In this document: one piece after another, positions 10,201 through 17,899 of the stretch
Numbering within the stretch: position 1 is the first letter of the stretch
Layout of the letters: the number at the start of each line of letters is the position of its first letter
Source: Gemmatimonadaceae bacterium
GTDB lineage: Bacteria > Gemmatimonadota > Gemmatimonadetes > Gemmatimonadales > Gemmatimonadaceae
DNA length: 54,849 nt
Direction: 5' to 3'
NCBI GenBank assembly: GCA_033763905.1
Contig: JANRJP010000006.1
Location: forward strand, 1 to 54,849
Notes under the pieces: model-generated
What the model saw: only the letters and a program-made list of their open reading frames with translations
What the model was told of the DNA's origin: nothing
The model's database searches: none
Translations under genes and position numbers: made by a program

Positions 10201-10990
10201 GCGTCTGATCGCGAATCGTCAGCGCGACGAAGTTGGCCGTGGTCGTCGTGAGGGTCGAGGCATCGCGCCCGAACCCGCGCACGACGTAGGTGCCGGCGAT
10301 CGCGTTGTTCGGGACCACGTAGCGGAAGAGATTGCGCTGCGTCGCGGTGGCCGCGACCGGCGCCAGCGAGTCACGCTGCACGACCACCGTGTCGCCGGGG
10401 GCGTTGACGCGCGCCAGGATGTAGCCGTTGTGCGCCACGCCCGAGCCGTCGGCCGTGGTGATGTCGATCGGAATGGTGTCCCCGCGCACGAACACGCGAC
10501 CCGCTGCGGGACCATTGATGGTGACGACCGGACCCAGGGTGTCGACGGTGAAGAGCGTGTCGTAGGCGATCGTGCTGCGGTTCTGCCCCGCGTCGATCGA
10601 CTGCGCTTCCAACAGAATGCGACGACCACGCCCGACGCCGAGCATCGAGACCGAGAGACTCTTCGAGAACGAGGCCTGTGCCCCGGTGAACGTCGTCGTG
10701 TCGTTCGCCAACGTCGCCCCACCGTCGACCGCGACGCGCGCGATCACCTGCCGCAGCGCGAAGTTGTCACTCGCGGTGAGGTTGACGGTGAGCGCGGTGT
10801 TGACGTCGATCGTGTCGAGCCGAGCCGACGGCACGGTCAGCGTGACCCGCGGGAGGACGGAATCACCACCGCCCGGGCCGGTCGTGTTGTCGGAGCAGCT
10901 GGACAGCCCGAGCGCGGCCGCTGTGGCGGCCGCGCTCATGGTGACGAGGCGGGCGAATCGGGTCGTTCGCGAAGTCTGCGACATACTCAT
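7235..10990 (-). CDS. Large lipoprotein: about 6 Ig-like repeats plus a C-terminal beta-propeller (YncE/YVTN-like)
   Basis: Lipobox LGLSS-C. Repeated domain starts DSVLPRVT, DTLGPVVT, DQTPPTAT, DQAPPGIT, GPSTIITSP, DLLPPLV. Propeller motifs IPVGAQPWGMSL..GDTLFVANSG and SIAVVDAYNY. ATG overlaps the pilQ stop (TAATG). Confidence 0.8.
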   Translation of the reverse strand: MSMSQTSRTTRFARLVTMSAAATAAALGLSSCSDNTTGPGGGDSVLPRVTLTVPSARLDTIDVNTALTVNLTASDNFALRQVIARVAVDGGATLANDTTTFTGAQASFSKSLSVSMLGVGRGRRILLEAQSIDAGQNRSTIAYDTLFTVDTLGPVVTINGPAAGRVFVRGDTIPIDITTADGSGVAHNGYILARVNAPGDTVVVQRDSLAPVAATATQRNLFRYVVPNNAIAGTYVVRGFGRDASTLTTTTANFVALTIRDQTPPTATLLAPAADTLISANDTSVVVRVQAGDNTGLVRVRVFGFAIRGDPAFGRVDTLVRFSDNFAPSTGNFRPNLTDTTVTRRLRPVNHSLTAPETVFVAVEALDESGNSFITTRRAIIAPNRFTQDQAPPGITVLEPADLATLPLGEPVRIRARLTDNFALKRLSVVGINIRGDPSLQRRDTTVWFDTVLAPNRTSNNDDVYFPAPGGVAPDTVKRDTTVVRDLIATGQLAEDTLTLVFRVTDWADRTTEFSRKTVLRRGPSTIITSPLNGVATFRGDRLSVSVRAQASNVSRSPLRRIGFRITGTFGGLTTWAPAEVDSIITGSGVTTAVITREIQVPLSSTTIPDGAIISISPYATDEANPSLIASGPAIQLTVNTPPVDLLPPLVYNLRVDPRVERQATFQFRGRDPGGLARLGYRLQDASTNATLLADSVSFTGLVPDSTVTFAPVIPDSLRGRRFKVTAFAVDAAGNRGGSVPASSNVPSPTAVDTTRGLFTYGQTFVSAAIDSSNPVADIAVDNAGNAFLSNINLNRVEYWQQSTGAFRATPIPVGAQPWGMSLNRTGDTLFVANSGATNISRVPLTGPNALTDAPGSRIRTPNTLLYRVATTVDEAGTETIGVVEAFQFSDRPQFVGFSANNSVYYSTRPTETSSPGTIRRLLRNPVRNEAQFLTTYAQDASDQPWVIANADSAARVTYPGIVSATLLVIFDRPLFGADNAFLTDSIWRMANTDGAVQVAFRSNRATLRTAGFTINIDSGTVPGVYGNSVSEIVGRMRARGSDVTARRFSIDALNLTDTTFVAHGGTGQYVAFGEGNGPLGSRVITIREPIGSDPIGSAAVSVNDLTGNAADRVFGLAIDSLNREVVANGSQMFFAALDTSALFNLRLEGAYKTTLPGAGVAFHPQYVGPTSAVDRRVAFVAQGDSSIAVVDAYNYVLRRVLPLRSKLYGPIRAVLPTPAEQGADPQLRVKIYALSREGLVVIPIRAADLN

Positions 10991-12990
10991 TACCGGTTGC
11001 GAGGCGCCTCGCGCTCACCCTCATCGAGGATGTGCGGCGTAATCAGGAGCAGGAGATCGCGCTTGTCTTCCTGCCGCGACTGACGCCGGAACAGCGCGCC
11101 GATCCACGGCAGGTCCTTCAGGTACGGAATGCCCGTCCGCACCGACGTCACCGACGTTACGGTCAACCCGCCGATCACCGCTGTTTCACCGTCGGCGACC
11201 AATAGCTGATTCTGCGCTTCCTGGCGATTGATGAGGGGATTTCCATCACTGCTCGCCTGCGAGGCGCTGGAGTTTTCCGCCCGGATCGTCATCGTGATCA
11301 TCCGGTTCGCGCTGACCTGAGGGGTCACGGCGAGACGGATACCGGCATCCACCAGGTTCGTCACCGCGCGCGCCGGCTGGCCACCGCCACCCGCGAGCGC
11401 ACCGGCGTCAACCTGACGGAAGGGGATCTGGTCACCGGCGAAGATCTGCGCCGGCCGGTTATTGAGCGTCACGATGCTCGGCTCGGCCTGCACATCGGCG
11501 AGCGAGGTTTCGGAGAGCGCGTCGAGGAAACCGGTGAGCGCGTACTGGCCCAGCGCCGCCGAGAACATCAGCGAGAGCGAGGGGTTGGCGACACGGGCGG
11601 CCGCATTGGCCACCGCGGCGAGCTCGCGTCCGCCGAGGAGGAAGACGTTGTTCGCCGACGGCGATCCACCGGTGGCGTCGGGGACACCGTCTCCGTTGGT
11701 GTCGATCGGGCGCAGCGTCGCCGGATCCGGACGGGCGACGACCTGCGTGAAGAAATTCTGCGAAGTCGACAGGTCGTAGCGGAGCCCCAGATCTTCGATC
11801 TGCCGGCGATTGACGAGGATGATCTTCGCCTTGATCGCCACCTGCGGCGTGCGGATGTCGAGGCTCTTCACGAACGCCTGCAGGTCATCGAGCCGCGACG
11901 GGACGTCGGTGATGAACAGCGAGTTCGTCAGCGAGTCGCTCATCACCGAGCCGCGCACGATGCAGCCCTGCGGAATGTTGGCCGAGCCGCCGGTGGCGCC
12001 GGTCTGGAGCGCGGCAGTTCCCTGCGCGGCCGACCCGGCGGTGCAGTCGCGCGAGAGCAACGAACGCACAGTCGGCATCAGCGCGGTCGCGCTGGCGTAG
12101 TTGAGGCGAAGCGAGCGCGTGTCGAGCGGTTCCGACGCCTGACGCGCGAGAATGTTCACGTACGAGTCCACGCGGATGATGCCCGAGCCATCTTCGCTCG
12201 CGGCAAGGCCCTGCGACTCGAGCACCGCGCGGAGCGCGATGTCCCACGGCTTGTCCTTGATGTCGAGATACGGAATCGTGCCGCTGACGGTACGGCCGAG
12301 CACGATCGTGCGCCCCGAGAAGGCGGCGAAGGCGGCGATCACGTCGCGGATGTCGGCATCGACATAGGTGACGGAAATCCGCGGCTTGTCGGAGGTCACC
12401 TGCTGGCGGGCCGGCAGCGCGCTCACGCTCTCGTCGCGATCGGTGAGGGCGTTGCGCGACGCGCGGGCGGCGGGACGACTGTCGGCCGCCGCGGCAGCCG
12501 GCGTGCCGGCCGAGCGCGACTCGGTCGTGGACCAGGCCTTGAACGGCTGCGCGCCGTCGATCTCCAGGCGCACATCGCGGTCGTTGCGCACCAGCGAGTA
12601 CGTGCGAGGCCCGTCGAATTCGAGCACCACGCGCACCACGTCGGGCTTGTACTGCGCCATCCGCACGTTGGTGATGCCGGCGCGCGCGATCTTGTCGTAG
12701 AGCGCGGGCGCGGTGTTGAGGGCCGCCCCCTGCAGATCGACGATCACGCGATGTGGTTCGGCCAGCGTGAAGTCAGCCGGCGTGACCTCGCCTTCGGTGG
12801 CGATGATCACTTCGGCCCGTTCACGTCCGGGCACGATGCGAATGCCGGTCACGGCACCGGTGGTGCGGACAGAATCCGGCACGGCTGCCGAGGCGGGTCG
12901 CGCGACGGCGGCGGTCAGCGTGACAGCCGCCAGCGCCGTCATCGTGCCCCGCGCCAGTCGGCGGCAGGAGTCGAGCAGGTGGTATCGCAT
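10990..12990 (-). CDS. pilQ: Type IV pilus secretin PilQ (AMIN + N domains + secretin)
   Basis: Signal peptide, AMIN (FTLAEPHRVIVDL), ISVTYVDADIRDV, LDIRTPQVAIKAKI, AGIRLAVTPQV, DGETAVIGGL, GIPYLKDLPWIGALF, LLLITPHI. Confidence 0.93.
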   Translation of the reverse strand: MRYHLLDSCRRLARGTMTALAAVTLTAAVARPASAAVPDSVRTTGAVTGIRIVPGRERAEVIIATEGEVTPADFTLAEPHRVIVDLQGAALNTAPALYDKIARAGITNVRMAQYKPDVVRVVLEFDGPRTYSLVRNDRDVRLEIDGAQPFKAWSTTESRSAGTPAAAAADSRPAARASRNALTDRDESVSALPARQQVTSDKPRISVTYVDADIRDVIAAFAAFSGRTIVLGRTVSGTIPYLDIKDKPWDIALRAVLESQGLAASEDGSGIIRVDSYVNILARQASEPLDTRSLRLNYASATALMPTVRSLLSRDCTAGSAAQGTAALQTGATGGSANIPQGCIVRGSVMSDSLTNSLFITDVPSRLDDLQAFVKSLDIRTPQVAIKAKIILVNRRQIEDLGLRYDLSTSQNFFTQVVARPDPATLRPIDTNGDGVPDATGGSPSANNVFLLGGRELAAVANAAARVANPSLSLMFSAALGQYALTGFLDALSETSLADVQAEPSIVTLNNRPAQIFAGDQIPFRQVDAGALAGGGGQPARAVTNLVDAGIRLAVTPQVSANRMITMTIRAENSSASQASSDGNPLINRQEAQNQLLVADGETAVIGGLTVTSVTSVRTGIPYLKDLPWIGALFRRQSRQEDKRDLLLLITPHILDEGEREAPRNR

Positions 12991-12992
12991 CG

Positions 12993-13871
12993 TCAGGATC
13001 CCCTCTTCGTTGTATCAGCGAGCGCAATCACTTCCTGTCGGGTCGCGCCGAATTCGTCGATCGAGAACGTCACCGAGCGGCGACCGATCGACGACACGCG
13101 CGCCCGGCCGATCGACTGGCCGGTCTTGACCCGGTAGAGCCCCTTCTGTCCGTCGCGGAGCACCGCCACGGAATTCCGTCCCACCTCATCGAACGCAATA
13201 CCGACGAGCCGGAGCTCATTCAGCAACGGACCGACGTCGGCCGGCTTGGCCAACGAGACGAACGGGTCTCGCCGGCGTGCGCCGTCATAGGCATAGACTT
13301 CGCGCTGAATCGTGACGCCCGCGGTCGGTTCGGTCGATTCGGCAGGCCGCGGCGTCGAGACCGTCTGCGTCGGTGCTGCTGGCGCGGCTGTGGCCGCCGC
13401 CGGCGCCGCTGCGACCGTCTTGGGTGCCGCCGTCGGCGTGGCGGCCGGCGCGGCAGTGGCGGGCTTGCCCGCGGTCGCCGTCGGCGCCGGCGCGGTCTTC
13501 GCGGCGGCGGTGGCGGCCGGCTTGCTCGGCACCGCGACCGTCTTCGCCGCATCGGTCGGCTTGGCTGCGGCCTTGTCGCTGCCCTTGGGCGCGGCCTTGC
13601 CGGTGGCCGCGCCGGACGGCGCGGCGGCCTTGTCTCCGGGCTTGGCGGCACCCTGTGGCGTGTTGCCGGCCGCCGCGGCCGTCGCGACGGGACGCTTCTT
13701 CGGGAGCACGGCGCCCTCGGGCGCGGGCGGCGGATCGGACGGCAGGAACAGGCTGGCAATCCACAGTCCGACGGCGGCCACGGCGCCGATGATCCAGCGC
13801 CGCAGCTCGCGCACGGCGCCGTTCTTGACCGCGTTCACGAGGGTGGCACCCAACTGCTTGATCGCGCTCAC
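12993..13871 (-). CDS. pilP: PilP-like protein with TM anchor and long Ala/Pro/Lys/Thr linker
   Basis: Lies between pilO and pilQ. The C-terminal domain has YAYDGARRRDPF..LRLVGI..AVL..YRVKTGQSIG, a PilP/GspC-HR-like pattern. No lipobox Cys. Confidence 0.7.
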   Translation of the reverse strand: MSAIKQLGATLVNAVKNGAVRELRRWIIGAVAAVGLWIASLFLPSDPPPAPEGAVLPKKRPVATAAAAGNTPQGAAKPGDKAAAPSGAATGKAAPKGSDKAAAKPTDAAKTVAVPSKPAATAAAKTAPAPTATAGKPATAAPAATPTAAPKTVAAAPAAATAAPAAPTQTVSTPRPAESTEPTAGVTIQREVYAYDGARRRDPFVSLAKPADVGPLLNELRLVGIAFDEVGRNSVAVLRDGQKGLYRVKTGQSIGRARVSSIGRRSVTFSIDEFGATRQEVIALADTTKRGS

Positions 13872-14488
13872 TTGGCACCCCCGGCTGGCGGCGTGACCGG
13901 CGCGGTCTTGGCGACGAACGTCTGCAATTCGAAGTCGACGTCGAGCAACTGCTGATCCGCGCCCAGGCGGCGGCGATTGTTGCTCTGCTCCTGGCGCGGC
14001 ACGATCGAAATGCCGACCGGCGCCATAATGCGCGTGAGCGACCCGACGTCGGCAAAGAAGCGCACCGTCTGATGGTAGCTGCCGAGCATCGACACGGAGT
14101 AGCGATACGTATCGAACTGGTCACCGGGGATGACGGCTTCCGGCTTGACGCCGGCCATCTCGAGGCCGGCCGAGCGCGCGGCCACCGACACCTGATCGAG
14201 CAGGGCCGGCACTTCGTTGCCGGTGGGCACGAGCTGGCGCATCAGCGCGAGCGACTGATTCGCGCGCTCGACTTCCCGCTTGAGGTCGTCGAGCTTGCCG
14301 GCGCGCGCTTCCTTCTTCGCCTTGGCGTTCGTGCTGTCGAGCTTGGCGACGCGCGCTTCGAGGAGCACGAGCTCATCGTTCTTCGGCGTCCACAACAGGT
14401 ACCAGTACGCGGCGACCGCGACCGCCACCACGAGGGCGAGGGCCACGAGATTCTGCTCGCGCTTGGTCATCGGAGGCAGGCCGGCCAT
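13868..14488 (-). CDS. pilO: Type IV pilus assembly protein PilO
   Basis: N-terminal TM, coiled coil, LVPTGNEVPALLDQV, GSYHQTVRFF..VGSLTRI; operon position. Confidence 0.9.
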   Translation of the reverse strand: MAGLPPMTKREQNLVALALVVAVAVAAYWYLLWTPKNDELVLLEARVAKLDSTNAKAKKEARAGKLDDLKREVERANQSLALMRQLVPTGNEVPALLDQVSVAARSAGLEMAGVKPEAVIPGDQFDTYRYSVSMLGSYHQTVRFFADVGSLTRIMAPVGISIVPRQEQSNNRRRLGADQQLLDVDFELQTFVAKTAPVTPPAGGAK

Positions 14489-15217
14489 CTACTTCACCCG
14501 GATGGAGAGCGGTGTCGTGACGATCGCCGACACTGGCGGCGTCTCGTACATCGCGTCGAGTTCGAAACGGGTCACATCGCGCGCCTCGAGCTGCTGGAGC
14601 TCGGTGCTCACGAGCGTGACCGACTGAATGAAGGGCGACGACTCGAGATCGCGCATATAGCGCGTCAACGCCTGCAGATCGACGGTGAACCCCTTGAGCC
14701 GGAAGCCCAGCGGCGGCATCGGCGGGAGCGTGGTGTCGCTGACGGCGGCCTTCTTGTCCTTCGTGTTCGGTGCCGCAGCGGCGCCGGCCGTCGAGAACGC
14801 CGTGGTCTGCTTGAGTTCGCTGATCCAGGTGTACTCGGGGAGCGTCCGACTGACTTCGTCGAGCAAGTGCGCCCACACGAAGCGGTAGCCGTCGATCGCG
14901 CGAATGACCTTGAACTGCCGCAGCACGGAGTCGCGCTGGGTCGTCGACTTCTTCATCTGGGCGATCACCGACGCAAAGCGCGCCGAGTCGGCCTTGGCGC
15001 GCGCCTCGGCGTCGACCAGTTCGGTCTCGCGCGTGGCCTGCGACTGGAACAGCCAGCCACCGACCGCCAGCGAAATGACGGTCACCGCGACACTGCCGAT
15101 CAGATACGGATCGGTGAAGCGACCCTTGATCGCTTCGACGAGCGCCTTGACGTCGACGCCGCCACCCGAGGTCTTCTTGCCGCGCTTTCCGCCCGGCAGG
15201 AGGTTGATTTCAATCAT
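14489..15217 (-). CDS. pilN: Type IV pilus assembly protein PilN
   Basis: MIEINLLP (INLLP PilM-binding motif), TM helix, WAHLLDEVSRTLPEYTWI, LESSPFI. Confidence 0.92.
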   Translation of the reverse strand: MIEINLLPGGKRGKKTSGGGVDVKALVEAIKGRFTDPYLIGSVAVTVISLAVGGWLFQSQATRETELVDAEARAKADSARFASVIAQMKKSTTQRDSVLRQFKVIRAIDGYRFVWAHLLDEVSRTLPEYTWISELKQTTAFSTAGAAAAPNTKDKKAAVSDTTLPPMPPLGFRLKGFTVDLQALTRYMRDLESSPFIQSVTLVSTELQQLEARDVTRFELDAMYETPPVSAIVTTPLSIRVK

Positions 15218-15232
15218 TGGCGTGGGCTCCCG

Positions 15233-16282
15233 TCAGTCCGGCTTCCGGAGGGCGAGGCCGATCGGCAACATCAGCAACGGGGCCACCTCATCGGTGACGT
15301 GGGGATCGAGCGCGCCGTCGCGCACCCGCAGGTTCGTCAGCGGGTTGGCGGGCTCGACCGGCAAGCGCAGGCGTGCCGCCAGCACGTCGAGCAGCCCAGG
15401 AATCCGGGAGCCGCCGCCGCAGACCCAGAGCGCCCGCACCTGGCTCGACGCACGCGAGTTCGTCGCGAGGAACGCGGTGGCGCGGTCGACGCCCATCGCG
15501 ATCTCCTCGGCGCGGTTGTCGATCGTCGCATCGAGATCGGGATTGCGATCGTAGCCCTGCACGATGGCCGCCGCTTCGTCGGCGGTGAGGCCGCGGTCCC
15601 GCTGCAGATCTTCGCGGAACGACTTGGTGCCGACCGCGATGTCGCGGGTGAGGATCGGCACGCCTTCGTCCAGAATATTGATGTTGGTGACTTCGTGGCC
15701 GATGTTGACCAGCCCGACGACCCCCTGCATCGCCTGCGGATACGACAGCTCAAACGCGTTGTGCAGCGCGAAGGCGTCGACATCCACGACCTGCGGGACC
15801 ACGCCGGCATCGGTCAGCAGCCGCATCTTGTTCTCGATCAGATCGCGCTTGGCGGCGACCAGCAGGACGTCCATCGACGGATCGATGCCGTCCGGATCGA
15901 GGATCTGGAAGTCGAGCTCGACCGATTCCATATCAAAGGGCACGTGCTGCTCGGCTTCCCACCGCATCAGCTCGCGCGCCTGCTGCTCCTTCACACGCTC
16001 GATCGCGATCTTCTTGATGATGACGTCGCGCCCGCCGACCGCGGTCACCACGGATTGCGTGGCCACCCCCGCCGTCTCGAGCGCCTGCCGGATCGCGTCC
16101 GTCACGATCCCGGGATCCATCACTTCGCCTTCGACGATGGCATCGCCCGTCAACGGCAGGATGGCGACGCGCACGAGTTCGGGCTCCGACTTGCCGTGCT
16201 CGATCACGCAGACCTTCACGAGACCTGAGCCGACATCGAGACCGATCGTTGTCTTTTTGCGACCGAACAGTGAGAGCGCCAT
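15233..16282 (-). CDS. pilM: Type IV pilus assembly protein PilM
   Basis: Actin-like fold motifs IGLDVGSGLVK, WEAEQHVPF, LDFQIL, VLLVAAK, VDVDAFAL, VNIGH, CGGGS, IGLALR. Start ATG 16282. Confidence 0.94.
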   Translation of the reverse strand: MALSLFGRKKTTIGLDVGSGLVKVCVIEHGKSEPELVRVAILPLTGDAIVEGEVMDPGIVTDAIRQALETAGVATQSVVTAVGGRDVIIKKIAIERVKEQQARELMRWEAEQHVPFDMESVELDFQILDPDGIDPSMDVLLVAAKRDLIENKMRLLTDAGVVPQVVDVDAFALHNAFELSYPQAMQGVVGLVNIGHEVTNINILDEGVPILTRDIAVGTKSFREDLQRDRGLTADEAAAIVQGYDRNPDLDATIDNRAEEIAMGVDRATAFLATNSRASSQVRALWVCGGGSRIPGLLDVLAARLRLPVEPANPLTNLRVRDGALDPHVTDEVAPLLMLPIGLALRKPD

Positions 16283-16448
16283 CGAGCTACCGCTGGGATG
16301 AGGTCCCGCGCCCCGAATGCCTGCGGGCGCGATCAAGCTGCGCACCCACTACACGACCAGCGGGGGAGAGAGGTAACGCCCGGCCGCGCGTCGCCGCGTC
16401 GCCGAACCGTCTCCCGCGCCATTCATATTGGGTACGACACGCCACCAA

Positions 16449-16934
16449 CTAGCGGAGCTGCACCCAGGACGGCCCCGGCAGTCGGCGCGGCGCGAAACGT
16501 CCGTTTCGGATGTTCCGCGCCAGAGGAATCCTCGGCACCCCCTCTATAGTTGGCAAGCCAGATCGTGATACATCCGCCATCGGTGTGATAGTCGAGTCGG
16601 CCGGTCTCAGGAGAATGCCGACCTGCGGCAGCGTATCGTCCACCGCCAGCGTGACCCAGCAGGCGTCGCGCCAGCGGTGCGTCGTGCGGAGGACGGCCCG
16701 ACCGTCCGCGCTGCGCCAGCGCTCGCTGGTCTGTGAGCCCAGCGACCCGGCGTGGGGGCACGATGCCTCCCGACCGAGTGAATCGGCGAGCCACCACTGC
16801 GCCTGACGCGACGACGCGCCGCCTTCCGCCGCGACGGCAAGGCGAGCACGCCACGCGACGCCCATCGCCGCCAGCGCCAAGACGGTCACGGCGACCAGCG
16901 CCAGCGGCAAGGCCACGCCCGGTCGTGCGCTCAC
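16449..16934 (-). CDS. Minor pilin, PilX-like
   Basis: RPG|VALPLALVAVTVLALAA class III signal lacking Glu5, as in PilX/GspK. GTGA overlap with the upstream pilin. Confidence 0.6.
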   Translation of the reverse strand: MSARPGVALPLALVAVTVLALAAMGVAWRARLAVAAEGGASSRQAQWWLADSLGREASCPHAGSLGSQTSERWRSADGRAVLRTTHRWRDACWVTLAVDDTLPQVGILLRPADSTITPMADVSRSGLPTIEGVPRIPLARNIRNGRFAPRRLPGPSWVQLR

Positions 16935-17617
16935 GGCCACGCATTCCGCTGCGCCACCTGCCGCTCGGCGCGCTGCCATCGGCCGCCCAGCGCCGCGTGG
17001 ACCTCGACGCGTGCGAGCGGTCCGTCGACGGCCAGACCCAACCGCAGGGAGTCGGCCGGGCCAACCGCAGGCTGCGTCGCCGACCAGCGCGCGCCCCGAC
17101 GGTCGCGCAACCCCAGTTGCGCGCGTCCGTCGGGGTCGCGGTAGACCACCCAGCGCACGCGCCGAAGGATCTGGACCGGCGCGGCGGTCGGCACGGCAAC
17201 CATCGACAGCCGCGTGCCTCGGCGCCCCGCCGAACAACGCTCGGCCGCCACACGATCGACCACGTGATGCGCCCACGTGGTGTCGCGCCAGACCGCGAGC
17301 GTGTCTCCGACGCGCGGCTCGTCGAGCCAGACCCGCGACTCTGCGTCGACGACGAGACCGGGGACCACCGCCTCGCAGGTGGCGCCAACGCCGAGACTCC
17401 GAGTGAGCTCGAGTGCGGTATCGCCGAGGAGCGCCGCCGAGAGACCCGCGCGCAGGTCGCGCGCCAAGAGGTCAGCGGCATCGGCGGCCAGACGCTGGCC
17501 GTCACGGTCGGCACGCCGCGCGCGGTCGGATGCCGACGCGCGCGGGAGCGCCGCGAAGACCGCGCCAAGCAACGTGAACGCGACCAGCAGTTCGAGCAGG
17601 GTGATGCCGCGTCGCAT
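16931..17617 (-). CDS. Minor pilin, PilW-like
   Basis: MRRG|ITLLELLVAFTLLG prepilin motif. ATG overlaps the upstream stop (TGATG). Carries a Cys pair. Confidence 0.75.
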   Translation of the reverse strand: MRRGITLLELLVAFTLLGAVFAALPRASASDRARRADRDGQRLAADAADLLARDLRAGLSAALLGDTALELTRSLGVGATCEAVVPGLVVDAESRVWLDEPRVGDTLAVWRDTTWAHHVVDRVAAERCSAGRRGTRLSMVAVPTAAPVQILRRVRWVVYRDPDGRAQLGLRDRRGARWSATQPAVGPADSLRLGLAVDGPLARVEVHAALGGRWQRAERQVAQRNAWP

Positions 17618-17862
17618 CACGGCGAGGCGCTCGGACACGGGCCACGCGTGTCGCCGGAATCGCCGACGCGGCAGCGCTCGACGACTGCGGCGGCAGACTC
17701 CGCCGCAGCGGCCGTTCGCAGGCGCGCACTCGCGGCAGCGGCCGCACGACGTTCAGCCTGCGCCGCCGCGACCGAGGCGTGGGCGACGGCCAAGAGCGCG
17801 ATGCCCAGCAGCAGCAGCGCAACGACGACTTCAAGGAGGGTGAACGCGCGGCGGGGAGTCAC
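17617..17862 (-). CDS. Short minor pilin, PilV-like (81 aa)
   Basis: MTPRRA|FTLLEVVVALLLLGIALLAV prepilin motif and a C-terminal Cys pair. Confidence 0.75.
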   Translation of the reverse strand: MTPRRAFTLLEVVVALLLLGIALLAVAHASVAAAQAERRAAAAASARLRTAAAAESAAAVVERCRVGDSGDTRGPCPSASP

Positions 17863-17899
17863 GCACCGAAGGTCACTCGCTCCGCACCGCGCGCGGAGG

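Noticed and set aside
9350..10490. Four RGD tripeptides in the large lipoprotein as integrin-binding sites
   Set aside because: Two come from an internal duplication and the others sit at equivalent Ig-strand positions. R, G and D are abundant and there is no evidence of an animal host.
13320..13700. Low-complexity GC repeats as a DNA repeat element
   Set aside because: Explained by the Ala/Pro/Lys linker coding sequence of the PilP-like gene.
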